A DNA stretch of 64,000 nt, taken from contig CAVWFR010000047.1 in NCBI GenBank assembly GCA_963754305.1, positions 35,667 to 99,666 on the forward strand. The letters run 5' to 3'. A model generated the notes under the pieces. It was not told the origin of the DNA. It did not search any database and saw only the letters and a program-made list of their open reading frames with translations. Each line of letters opens with the position of its first letter. Within the stretch, counting starts at the first letter, position 1. Source of the DNA: an uncultured beta proteobacterium. Its GTDB lineage: Bacteria; Pseudomonadota; Gammaproteobacteria; Burkholderiales; SG8-39. This document shows, in pieces, positions 29,896 through 38,138 of the stretch. A program made the position numbers and the translations under genes.

Positions 29896-30948
29896 ATGAA
29901 GGGCGTCGTATTCCCCGGCGACCGCAAGGTCGAGTTACGCGATTTCCCCGACCCGACGCCGGGTCCCGGCGAGGTCGTGCTCGAGATCAAGGCCTCCGGC
30001 ATGTGCGGGAGCGATCTCAAGTTCTATCGCGCCTCCGGCGGTGCGTCGTCGCTCGGGCTCGGGAAGACGAGCGGCCCGATCATCGCCGGCCACGAGCCCT
30101 GCGGCGTCGTGGCCGCGGTCGGCGCCGGCGTGTCGGAGCGGCAGGCGAAGATCGGCATGCGGGTGATGCAGCACCATTACCGCGGCTGCGGCATCTGCGA
30201 GCACTGCTCGACCGGCTGGATGCAGCTCTGCGTCGAGGGCGTCGCCGAGGTCTATGGCGCGACCGGCCACGGCGCGCACGCGCGCTACATGAAGTGCCCC
30301 GCGCGGACGCTGGTGCCGCTGCCCGAAGAGCTGTCGTTCGAGTCGGGCGCGGCGATCTCATGCGGGACGGGCACCGCGTGGGCGGCCCTGCATCGGCTGG
30401 GGCTGCAGGGCGATCACACCATCGCGATCTTCGGGCAGGGACCGGTCGGCCTGTCGGCCACGCAACTGGCGGGTGCGCTGGGTGCGCGCGTGATCGCGCT
30501 CGACGTGAGCGACGAGCGGCTCGCGCGCGCGAAGGAGCTCGGGGCAGACGTGCTCATCAATCCGAAGAACACCCCCGACGTCGTGGCGGCGGTGAAGGAA
30601 CTCACCCACGGCCGCGGCGCGCATCTCTGCCTCGAAGCATCATCCTCGCCGGTCGCGCGTGCGCAGGCGGTCCGTTGCGTGCGGACCTGGGGCAAGGTCT
30701 GCTACGTCGGCGAGGGCGACAGCGTCACGCTGGAGGTGAGCCCGGATCTCCTGCGCCGGCAGGTGACGCTGATCGGGTCGTGGACGTTCTCGACCGTCGG
30801 TCAGGCCGAGTGCGCGCGGTTCATCGCCGACCGCGGGATCGACGTCGATCGCCTCTTCACGCACCGCTGGAAGCTCGACCAGGCGGAGGAAGCCTATCGC
30901 CTGTTCGACGCGCAGACCGCGGGAAAGGGTGTGATTCACCCTTCGTGA
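29896..30948 (+). CDS. Zinc-binding medium-chain alcohol/polyol dehydrogenase family protein
   Basis: 350 aa: GMCGSDLKFY, GHEPCGVV, a structural-Zn Cys cluster CGICEHCSTGWMQLC, and the NAD motif IFGQGPVGL. Confidence 0.85.
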   Translation: MKGVVFPGDRKVELRDFPDPTPGPGEVVLEIKASGMCGSDLKFYRASGGASSLGLGKTSGPIIAGHEPCGVVAAVGAGVSERQAKIGMRVMQHHYRGCGICEHCSTGWMQLCVEGVAEVYGATGHGAHARYMKCPARTLVPLPEELSFESGAAISCGTGTAWAALHRLGLQGDHTIAIFGQGPVGLSATQLAGALGARVIALDVSDERLARAKELGADVLINPKNTPDVVAAVKELTHGRGAHLCLEASSSPVARAQAVRCVRTWGKVCYVGEGDSVTLEVSPDLLRRQVTLIGSWTFSTVGQAECARFIADRGIDVDRLFTHRWKLDQAEEAYRLFDAQTAGKGVIHPS

Positions 30949-31146
30949 AGTCCCGCCCCCGGGCGCGCTATTCGCACCACCGGACGTCGGATCAGCGACC
31001 GGCGATCGGCCCCCGCTTCCGGCTCCAGTCCGGCGCTTCGCGCGTGGCGCGGATGACCGCCTCGAATTCGGTCTTCCGATCTTGCGGAACGACACGGGCT
31101 GCTCGCGGCTGCCACCGGTCGCGCCGCATAAGCGCGATGCGGCGGT

Positions 31147-31971
31147 TCACGGCGCGCTCCAGTTCACCAGGCCCCAGTATGCGGTCGCGAGCACAACCAC
31201 TCCGAAGACGATGCGGTACCAGGCGAACGGGGTAAAGTCGTGCGCGGCGACGTAGCGGATCAGCCACCGCACGCAGGCAAACGCCGAGACGAAGGCCGCG
31301 ACGAAGCCGACCGCGAACATGCCGAAGTCGCCACCGTCGAGGAGCGCCTGGTTCTTGTACAGGTCGTAGGCGCCGGCGGCGACCAGCGTCGGCACGGCGA
31401 GAAAGAACGAGAACTCGGTCGCCGCCTTGCGCGAGAGCCCGAACAGCATCCCGCCGATGATCGTCGCGCCCGAGCGCGAGGTGCCCGGCACCAGCGCGAA
31501 GCATTGCGCGCAGCCGACCTTCAGCGCGTCCTGCCATGTCATGTCATCGACGCTCGCGATGCGCACGACGCGCTCGCGACGCTCGACCCAGAGAATCACG
31601 AGCGCCCCGGCGATGAACGCGATCGCGACCGGCACCGGCGCGAAGAGGTGCGCCTTGATGAGCGCGCCGAACGCGAGGCCGAGCACGGCTGCGGGGATGA
31701 AGGCGACGACGAGATTGGCGACGAAGCGCTGCGCGGCGCGGTCCGACCCGAGCCCCGCGAGCACGCCCAGAAACTTCGCACGGTATTCCCAGACCACCGC
31801 GAGCATCGCTCCGGTCTGGATGAAGAGGTCGAATATCTTCCCCTTGGCGTCGTCGAAGCCGAGGAGGCTGCCGGCGAGGATCAAGTGGCCGGTGCTCGAC
31901 ACCGGCAGAAACTCGGTGAGGCCCTCGACGATACCCATCGCGAGGGCCTTGAGGAGAACGATGACATCCAT
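31147..31971 (-). CDS. uppP: Undecaprenyl-diphosphate phosphatase
   Basis: 274 aa: [28 protein letters not shown] are canonical BacA/UppP motifs. Confidence 0.95.
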   Translation of the reverse strand: MDVIVLLKALAMGIVEGLTEFLPVSSTGHLILAGSLLGFDDAKGKIFDLFIQTGAMLAVVWEYRAKFLGVLAGLGSDRAAQRFVANLVVAFIPAAVLGLAFGALIKAHLFAPVPVAIAFIAGALVILWVERRERVVRIASVDDMTWQDALKVGCAQCFALVPGTSRSGATIIGGMLFGLSRKAATEFSFFLAVPTLVAAGAYDLYKNQALLDGGDFGMFAVGFVAAFVSAFACVRWLIRYVAAHDFTPFAWYRIVFGVVVLATAYWGLVNWSAP

Positions 31972-32084
31972 GCGGCCGGGATTCTACCGGCCCGGGTCGC
32001 GCGCGGGCCGCTACCCTGCCCGACGATCTTGCACGCCTCGTCCAGGCCGGGAAACTCGACCGATGCGCGCCAGAGCACGCCGCC

Positions 32085-32843
32085 CTACCGGATCGCCGTC
32101 GCAAGCGCAGCAAACCGCTCCAGATCGCGCCGATCGACGTCCGACACCGCAGCGAAGCGAACTCCGCCGTCCGCCCAAGTTGCCACGGCGAACCCGCGCA
32201 CGGTCGCGACCTCGACGGGCTCCGGGCGAGGATCGGCGGCGCGCCAGACGAACAGGCTCACGTAGTGGTTACGGATGCGGTACACGACCGCGGCCGCCTG
32301 GCGGTCCGCAACGTGATCCAGACGCGCGCCGAGCAGCTCGAATCCGTCCGCCGCGAGATCGCGCACTGGCGGTGCGAAGTCAGTCTTGCCCGCGAACCAC
32401 GGCTTGAGCACGTGGCGATCGCCTGAAGCGACGTCGGTAAGCGGCCGCGTCGGGCCGAGCGAGGCGACATGGCTTGCGACAACCTGCTCGCGCATTGGGT
32501 CGTCGACGGGCAACCGCGCCAGCCAGAGCCCGAAGACGAGGCCGGCCAGCGCCGCCGCAGCGGCGAGCAGGCTTGCCTGCCGCAACGAGATGCGGCGACC
32601 AGAGGCCGGCGCGGATTGCGTGACACTTCGGACCATCTCCGACACCGCGCCCCGCAGCGCCGCCGGCGCGCGATAGTACGACGCCTCCGCCCGTATGCGC
32701 TCGCGCAGCGCATCGCGCTCGGCACGCGCCGACGTGCACGCGGGACAGCCGGCGAGATGCCCTTCGATCTCGGCGGCAGTCGCGCGATCGAGCTCGCCGT
32801 CGAGATGGGCATCCAGGACCTGCCGCAAGCGCGCGCAGTTCAC
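32085..32843 (-). CDS. Membrane-spanning zinc-binding anti-sigma factor (ZAS, H-x3-C-x2-C)
   Basis: N-terminus MNCARLRQVLDAHLDGELD..EGHLAGCPAC, one TM helix (LLAAAAALAGLVFGLWLA) and a periplasmic domain. The start overlaps the sigma-factor stop (32840-32843). Confidence 0.85.
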   Translation of the reverse strand: MNCARLRQVLDAHLDGELDRATAAEIEGHLAGCPACTSARAERDALRERIRAEASYYRAPAALRGAVSEMVRSVTQSAPASGRRISLRQASLLAAAAALAGLVFGLWLARLPVDDPMREQVVASHVASLGPTRPLTDVASGDRHVLKPWFAGKTDFAPPVRDLAADGFELLGARLDHVADRQAAAVVYRIRNHYVSLFVWRAADPRPEPVEVATVRGFAVATWADGGVRFAAVSDVDRRDLERFAALATAIR

Positions 32844-33388
32844 GACGTCCTCCGCGCCCGCGCATCGCGCACGCGCTTTTGCAGTAGGTCGCGAGCGCGC
32901 GCCAGCCGCGACATCACCGTCCCGATCGGTACCTCGACGATCGCGCTGATCTCCTTGTACGACATCTCCTCCAGCTCCCGCAGCACGATGACCTCACGGT
33001 AGTCGCGCGGCAGGGTCTCGATGCACTCGCGCAGCCATCGGGCGTCGGAGGCGCGCTCGGCGATCGCTTCGGGCAAGTCGATCCCCGCGGACCCGGCGGC
33101 CGGCGTCGCGGCCCCATGCGCCTCATCGTCGTAGGCGTCCTCCAGTTCGCGGCGGCGGTGCTCTCGCAACCAGTCGAGACAGGCATTCCGGACGACCGCC
33201 ATGAACCACGCCTTGGCGCTGGGGCCGTGCTGGCCGTCGAAAAACCGGAACGCCCGCAGGCAGGCCTCCTGGACGACATCCTGGGCGGCCGAGGCGTCCC
33301 GGGCCATCCAGCGCGCGAGGTTGTGCGCCGCGTCCAGGTGCACGAGCACCGTGGCCTCGAATCGCTCGAATCTCGCCCGCTCACCCAC
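32840..33388 (-). CDS. ECF (group IV) RNA polymerase sigma factor
   Basis: GTG start with gggagg 8 nt upstream. Region 2 DVVQEACLRAFRFF and region 4 LPRDYREVIVLRELEEMSYKEISAIVEVPIGTVMSRLARAR. Confidence 0.9.
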   Translation of the reverse strand: MGERARFERFEATVLVHLDAAHNLARWMARDASAAQDVVQEACLRAFRFFDGQHGPSAKAWFMAVVRNACLDWLREHRRRELEDAYDDEAHGAATPAAGSAGIDLPEAIAERASDARWLRECIETLPRDYREVIVLRELEEMSYKEISAIVEVPIGTVMSRLARARDLLQKRVRDARARRTS

Positions 33389-33411
33389 GCGCGGCACCTC
33401 CCGCGTTATCC

Positions 33412-33480
33412 AAGACTGTCCCGGCGAGTGGTTTATTCCCGCCCTCGCCCCGACGGAATAAACGGCGCCGCCCGCGAGTC
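33412..33480. promoter_or_regulatory. Candidate divergent ECF-type promoter pair built on a perfect 9-bp inverted repeat
   Basis: GTTTATTCC (33431-33439) and GGAATAAAC (33455-33463). Each strand reads GGAAT-N18-GTC (+ strand GTC at 33478-33480; - strand GTCTT = 33416-33412). This matches the GGAAT-N18-GTT class of ECF promoters. Confidence 0.5.
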
Positions 33481-33540
33481 CAGGTGGAGTGGCGTGCGCA
33501 TGCGGCGTCGCGTCACCCCCGGCGACCAAAGGAGACGACC

Positions 33541-34450
33541 ATGGACGAGCGACATTACAGCAGGCGGGACTTCATGAGACTGGCAGGTCTGGGGGGCGTG
33601 GTGTTCGCCTCCGGGCTGCCGGGGTGCGCGAGCGTCGGCGCGCCCGGCAGCAGGCAGTCGGACTTCTCGTTCGTGCAGCTCTCGGACATTCACCTCGGCT
33701 ACGCGAACCCGAAGGTCAACCCCGAGGCGAAGAGCACCCTTCCGCGCGCGATCGCGGCGGTGAACGCGCTCGAACAACAGCCGGACTTCGTGGTGTTCAC
33801 CGGCGATCTGACGCAGACGACCGACGATCCCAAGGTCCGCCGGGCGCGGCTGCGCGAGTTTCGCGAGATCACGGCCGGGCTGCGCGTGTCCAAAATGTAC
33901 TTCTTCGCCGGCGAGCACGACGCCGCGCTCGATCACGGCGAGGCCTACCAGGAAGTGATCGGCGGTCCGCTCTACTACACGTTCGACCACAAGGGCGTGC
34001 ACTTCATCGTCCTCGACAACACCTCCGACCCGGCGCCCATCCTCGGCCCGACGCAGATCGAGTGGCTGAAGACCGGCCTCGCCGCGCCTCGCGCCCGACG
34101 CGCCGATCGTGGTGCTCACCCATCGCCCCCTCTTCCCGCTCTACCCGCAATGGGACTGGGCGACCCGGGACGGCATGGCCGCAGTCGAATTGCTGATGCC
34201 CTATCGGAACGTAACCGTGTTCTACGGCCACATCCACCACGAGCATCACTTCCGCACCGGTCACATCGAGCATCACGCCGCGATGGCGGTGATGTTCCCG
34301 CTGTCGCCGGTCGGCACCGCGCCGCAGAAGACCCAGTTGCCGTGGGACGCCGCAAGACCGTACCAGGGGCTCGGGTTTCGCACGATCGCGGCGAGCCGGG
34401 ACGGGACGCCTCCGCGCGCACGCGAGCTCGCGCTCGCCCAGCAGAGCTGA
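33541..34450 (+). pseudogene. Tat-exported (possibly lipoprotein) calcineurin-like metallophosphoesterase, frame broken near 34081-34100 (one extra base; pseudogene or sequencing error)
   Basis: aaggag SD, then the twin-arginine signal SRRDFMRLAG with LPGC. Motifs LSDIHLG, FTGDLT and AGEHD are in frame 1. VVLTHRPLF and FYGHIHHEHH are in the frame of track ORF 34109..34450. Length is 910 nt (3n+1). Confidence 0.8.
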
Positions 34451-34451
34451 C

Positions 34452-34823
34452 GTGGTGGCGCGCTTCGCGGCGCGGCTCGCGGCCGTGGCCGCGATCTGCG
34501 CCGCCCTCGGCTACGTGGCGGGGTCGGTCGCGTCCGCCGGCAGCGGAAAACGGATACCGCTCGCCGCAAAGAAGTTCGAGTTCAGCGTCACCGAAATCCG
34601 GACCCGAGTGGGCGTGCCGGTGACGCTCGTGCTCTCCTCGGCGGACTTCGTCCACGGCTTCGCGATTCCGGATCTCGGCGTGCGCGTCGACCTCGTGCCG
34701 GGCAAAACCGTCGAGCTCGCGCTCACGCCCGACCGCGAGGGCCGTTTCGTCTTCCTGTGCGACAACTTTTGCGGCGAGGGGCACGAAGAGATGAGCGGCG
34801 TGCTCGTGGTCACTGGGGATTGA
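34452..34823 (+). CDS. Stand-alone CuA-type cupredoxin domain protein (cytochrome oxidase subunit II-like copper site)
   Basis: 123 aa with an N-terminal signal/anchor. DFVHGFAIPDLGVRVDLVPGK...FLCDNFCGEGHEEM aligns by eye with COX2 DVIHSFWVPSLG...CSEICGINHAYM (H...C-x3-C-x3-H-x2-M). Confidence 0.8.
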   Translation: MVARFAARLAAVAAICAALGYVAGSVASAGSGKRIPLAAKKFEFSVTEIRTRVGVPVTLVLSSADFVHGFAIPDLGVRVDLVPGKTVELALTPDREGRFVFLCDNFCGEGHEEMSGVLVVTGD

Positions 34824-34924
34824 TCAGGGGACATCGACACGGAGCACGATCCAGAATCGCCGCCTTACCTAAGTACAAATGTCTGCGGAGGCGTGAGGTA
34901 CGGGCGTGATCACCCGCGCCGCCA

Positions 34925-35341
34925 TCAGGCCGCCTTGCTTCCCGGGCGCGTGCGATCCAGCCGGCTTTCCGCCCAGCCGAGCAACCGCGGGCCTCGCGGC
35001 GGCGCAAGCGCCCAGCCGAGCACGACACCCGTCGCGTTCGCTGCCATGTCGATGACGTCGAAGTTGCGATACGAGAGCGCGCCCTGCGCGAACTCGAGCC
35101 CGACACCCATCGCAACGAAGCCGGCGGCGAGCGCGACGCGGGCTGCGGCATGCTCGTCGAGCTGCGCGAACCAGACCATGAGCACGGTATAGGCGACGAC
35201 ATGCGCCGCCGTGTCGCCGCCCTCGATCTGGACCGGCAGCTCGGGGAGCGACGCGAGCGATCCCCAGACCACGGCGGTCACTAGCGCCCACCCGATTACA
35301 CGCCACGCCCGGCGCAGCCAGCCGCTACGCCGAGAAATCAT
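34925..35341 (-). CDS. VanZ-like family membrane protein
   Basis: 138 aa, 4 hydrophobic segments, with GDTAAHVVAYTVL and the D(V/I)IDMAANATG pattern typical of VanZ-like proteins. Confidence 0.6.
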   Translation of the reverse strand: MISRRSGWLRRAWRVIGWALVTAVVWGSLASLPELPVQIEGGDTAAHVVAYTVLMVWFAQLDEHAAARVALAAGFVAMGVGLEFAQGALSYRNFDVIDMAANATGVVLGWALAPPRGPRLLGWAESRLDRTRPGSKAA

Positions 35342-35444
35342 CGGATCGAGTTAGCGCCATCGCGCGGCGATGATGCCACGCTGGGCGGACGTTCAAGCCG
35401 TTGCTGGTAGGGGACGACGCCAACTGGATGCTCCGCCAGCTGCT

Positions 35445-35805
35445 TTAGGTCGACGGCTCGGGCACCGCGGTGACCTCCAGCGCGACGAACTGCGTGAACT
35501 GCGTCGTGCTGAAGTTGTTGTCGGCGACGAGAATCAGCGTCCGGGTGCCGTTCGCGAGGGTCAGTCCCCAGGCGATGCCCTCGACGTTGTCGAGGAGGAG
35601 CGCGCTGCCGTCGTCGTTCGTGACCATGCCGAGGTCGAGGAGCAGCGCCTTGGACATCGTCGCGAAGCTTGCGCCGGCAAGGGCATCTATCGCCGAAAGT
35701 CGGTCGCGCCGGCAAGACTGGCGAGATACAAGCGGATCGAGTTGCCCACGCCGGTCGAGAATGAGCGCTCGACCGCGATGAACTGCTCGAGGCTAGCGCC
35801 CGCCT
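35445..35805 (-). pseudogene. Remnant of a phytase-like (esterase-like activity of phytase) PEP-CTERM protein; N-terminally truncated, internally frameshifted near 35700, stop inside the sorting signal
   Basis: LEQFIAVERSFSTGVGNSIRLYLASLAGATDF in one frame, then SAIDALAGASFATMSKALLLDLG...NVEGIAWG..LILVADNNFS...VPEPST* in the next. The VPEP motif is not followed by the TM-plus-Arg tail. Confidence 0.6.
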
Positions 35806-35887
35806 GTTACGCGCCGCCTCCGGCGAGGACGTAACGCCATAGCGCGAACGGAGTATGCGAGCGGCGGGTTGCTACCATCGCCCGGCA

Positions 35888-36547
35888 ATGGATCTCTGGC
35901 GGCAAATCGACATCTACTGCGAACGGACCGACCCGGGTCTCTGGTCGGAGCCGGCGAACGCGCTGACCAACCTCGCATTCCTAGTCGCAGCGGTGCTCGT
36001 TTGGCGGCGGGGTGCCGGCGCACCGCCGCCATCAGGACAGGACGCCCGCATCCTCGGCGCGCTCATCGCGGCCATCGGCGTGGGGAGCGGCCTCTTCCAC
36101 ACGCTTGCCACTGTCTGGGCGGCCTGGCTCGACAGCGGCCTGATCGCGCTCTACATATATGTATGGCTGGCCCGCTTCCTCGCACGGGTGGCGGGGCTGC
36201 GCTGGACCGGGGTGATCGCCGGGCTGGTGGCGTTCGCGATCTTGAGCCGCGGGCTGACCGCGCTCTTTTCACCCGGCAGTCTGAACGGCTCCTACAGCTA
36301 CTTCCCGGCGCTGATCGCGCTCGCCGCGTGCGGGGGTTATGCGTGGCGCGAAGGACACCCGGGAGCGCCGCGGCTCGGTGTCGCGGCCGGGGTCTTCGTC
36401 GTGTCGCTGGTACTCCGGAGCATCGACCAGACGTTGTGCGACGCCTGGCCGCTCGGGACGCACTTCATCTGGCACTGCCTGAACAGCGTGGTCTTGTACC
36501 TGACGGCCACGGCGCTCGACCGGCCATCAGCGGAGCGCGCCGCGTAG
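35888..36547 (+). CDS. Ceramidase-family (alkaline ceramidase/PAQR-like) integral membrane hydrolase
   Basis: Start at MDLWRQIDIYCERT. Motifs NALTNLAF, GSGLFHTL and HFIWHCLN; 7 hydrophobic segments. Confidence 0.65.
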   Translation: MDLWRQIDIYCERTDPGLWSEPANALTNLAFLVAAVLVWRRGAGAPPPSGQDARILGALIAAIGVGSGLFHTLATVWAAWLDSGLIALYIYVWLARFLARVAGLRWTGVIAGLVAFAILSRGLTALFSPGSLNGSYSYFPALIALAACGGYAWREGHPGAPRLGVAAGVFVVSLVLRSIDQTLCDAWPLGTHFIWHCLNSVVLYLTATALDRPSAERAA

Positions 36548-36597
36548 CTTTTCGCGAGCTGGGCGCCGCCGATCGACGGCGGCGTCTTGGCGCGCGG

Positions 36598-36837
36598 TCA
36601 GGCCGCGGTCGGACGCGGCGGGCGGCGCGAGAGCAGCGCCGCTACCGATTTCGGCAGCCAAGTCGGCGACCCGCTCGATTCGGCTGGAGCGGCGGATGCG
36701 CTCGCTGCGGCCACCTGGCCGGTAGTGGCGAGGACCCGACGCGCCAGCGGCGACACGATCCGCGGCCGACCGAGCAGCTCGGAGGGGACATTGAACTCCG
36801 CCCACTCGTGGAGGTTGATGTCGTCGATCGCGTTCAT
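36598..36837 (-). CDS. Hypothetical small protein
   Basis: MNAIDDINLHEWAEFNVPSELLGRP..., with ggag 6 nt upstream of ATG 36837. GC-rich third positions favour this strand over the overlapping + ORF. No family recognised. Confidence 0.35.
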   Translation of the reverse strand: MNAIDDINLHEWAEFNVPSELLGRPRIVSPLARRVLATTGQVAAASASAAPAESSGSPTWLPKSVAALLSRRPPRPTAA

Positions 36838-37128
36838 GTCTGGCTCCGCTTGCGGACTCGCCGGCGGCTTGTCCTGCACCGCCGACGACCCTTTCGCCTC
36901 GCGCCCACTATAGATGTTCGAACGTTATGTGACTGTGAAGATTTGTCAATCGGCCCAATGGCTATATGCCAATGTCAACGCACGAGGCGCGCCGGGCGAC
37001 GACCGGAAAGCGAGAAAAGCCATGGCAAAACGAAGCCCCGCCAGCGGCGGGGGCTCGAGAGCCGTGGCGCGAGGGGCGGCGAGACGCTGCTGTCTTGCCG
37101 ACATGCGGTGCGCCGCCGCGACCGTCAT

Positions 37129-37360
37129 TTAGTCCTCTTCGCGCCCCTCGTGCTCCCAATGCTCGCGCCACGACCGTTGTTTCCGCTGGATGCCGATCAC
37201 GGCGGGCCGGGCGATCTCGGTGCGCGGCTTGGCGATGTTGCCGGGCCATTGGCTGCCCACCGGGACGTTGCGCTTCTGGTCGAAGGTGCCGCTGCCATCC
37301 GCTCGTGGCGACGCGTGCCGACCCGACCGTCAGGCGGAGTCGGTAGTTCTCGCGCGCCAT
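37129..37360 (-). pseudogene. Small hypothetical ORF interrupted by a one-base frame shift
   Basis: MARENYRLRLTVGSARVATS, then after a +1 slip near 37297-37301, DGSGTFDQKRNVPVGSQWPGNIAKPRTEIARPAVIGIQRKQRSWREHWEHEGREED*. Length is 232 nt (3n+1). The second frame has no start codon of its own. No family recognised. Confidence 0.3.
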
Positions 37361-37475
37361 CGGGCGGATGGAATCCGCCTTAGGCCAAGGCGGCCGGACG
37401 TCAGATTCGTAACGTGACAACGCCGGGTGCGGAGCGTGAGCTCCGGACCCGGCGTCCGGGAAGAGGTGAGGCGGG

Positions 37476-38078
37476 CTAGCCCAGCCGCTGCTCCAGGTCC
37501 TGCACGCTTTGCGCGAGCACGTCGAGATCGGGCAGCTGGCCCTGCGGGGTCAGCTTGTCTACGACACCCGGCAGCAGTTGAGAAAGTCCGGCCGACGCAT
37601 CGGCCTCGCTGACCCCGGCCTGCGCAGCGATCTGCGACAAACCCTCGCGACCGAAGATCTGCGAGATGACATCCGGTGAGATCGGCAGATTCTGGCCGGT
37701 GCCGACCCAGGAATTGGCCTGGTCGCCGTAGCCCATCCGCTGCAATTGCTCGAGGAGGCCGCCGAGACCGCCTCCGACTCCGCCCATGCCCTCCATCCCG
37801 CCAGCGCGGCCCCCACCGCCGCCCAGCACATTCCCGAGCAGCCCGCCGAGGTCGCCCATACCGCCCGCGCCGGCGCCCTGTCCACCGCTCTGGCGGCCGG
37901 ACAGCATCGCGAGGACTACGGGCAGGAGCGCCATCAGTGCGCCGCCGCCAAGTCCCCCCATGCCGCCGCCGCGAGGTTGCGGCTGCTGACGCCCCACCGC
38001 CTGACCGAGGCCGCCTTGTTGGCTGCCCTGCTGACTGCCTTGCGCGAGCCCGCCGAGAAGTTCGTCGAGAAGACCCAT
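37476..38078 (-). CDS. yidB: YidB family protein (DUF937), Gly-rich
   Basis: MGLLDELLGGL...; C-terminal WVGTGQNLPISPDVISQIFGREGLSQIAAQAGVSEADASAGLSQLLPGVVDKLTPQG is the DUF937 signature. Confidence 0.8.
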   Translation of the reverse strand: MGLLDELLGGLAQGSQQGSQQGGLGQAVGRQQPQPRGGGMGGLGGGALMALLPVVLAMLSGRQSGGQGAGAGGMGDLGGLLGNVLGGGGGRAGGMEGMGGVGGGLGGLLEQLQRMGYGDQANSWVGTGQNLPISPDVISQIFGREGLSQIAAQAGVSEADASAGLSQLLPGVVDKLTPQGQLPDLDVLAQSVQDLEQRLG

Positions 38079-38138
38079 GTGACCTCCAGTGTGTGACCGG
38101 GGCGTAGCCCTACCGCCTCGCGGGCGATGATACGCCGC

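Noticed and set aside
30992-31130. A possible 45-aa ORF (MRRDRWQPRAARVVPQDRKTEFEAVIRATREAPDWSRKRGPIAGR) between the Zn-ADH and uppP on the - strand.
   Set aside because: It has GC-rich third positions, but no clear SD and no recognisable family. It is also the tail of a longer shadow ORF overlapping uppP. Support is insufficient to call it.
36914-37346. + strand ORFs (72 and 126 aa) in the AT-richer spacer after the ceramidase-like gene.
   Set aside because: They are Arg/Ala/Cys-rich with implausible composition. The opposite strand gives a more protein-like, though frameshifted, reading.
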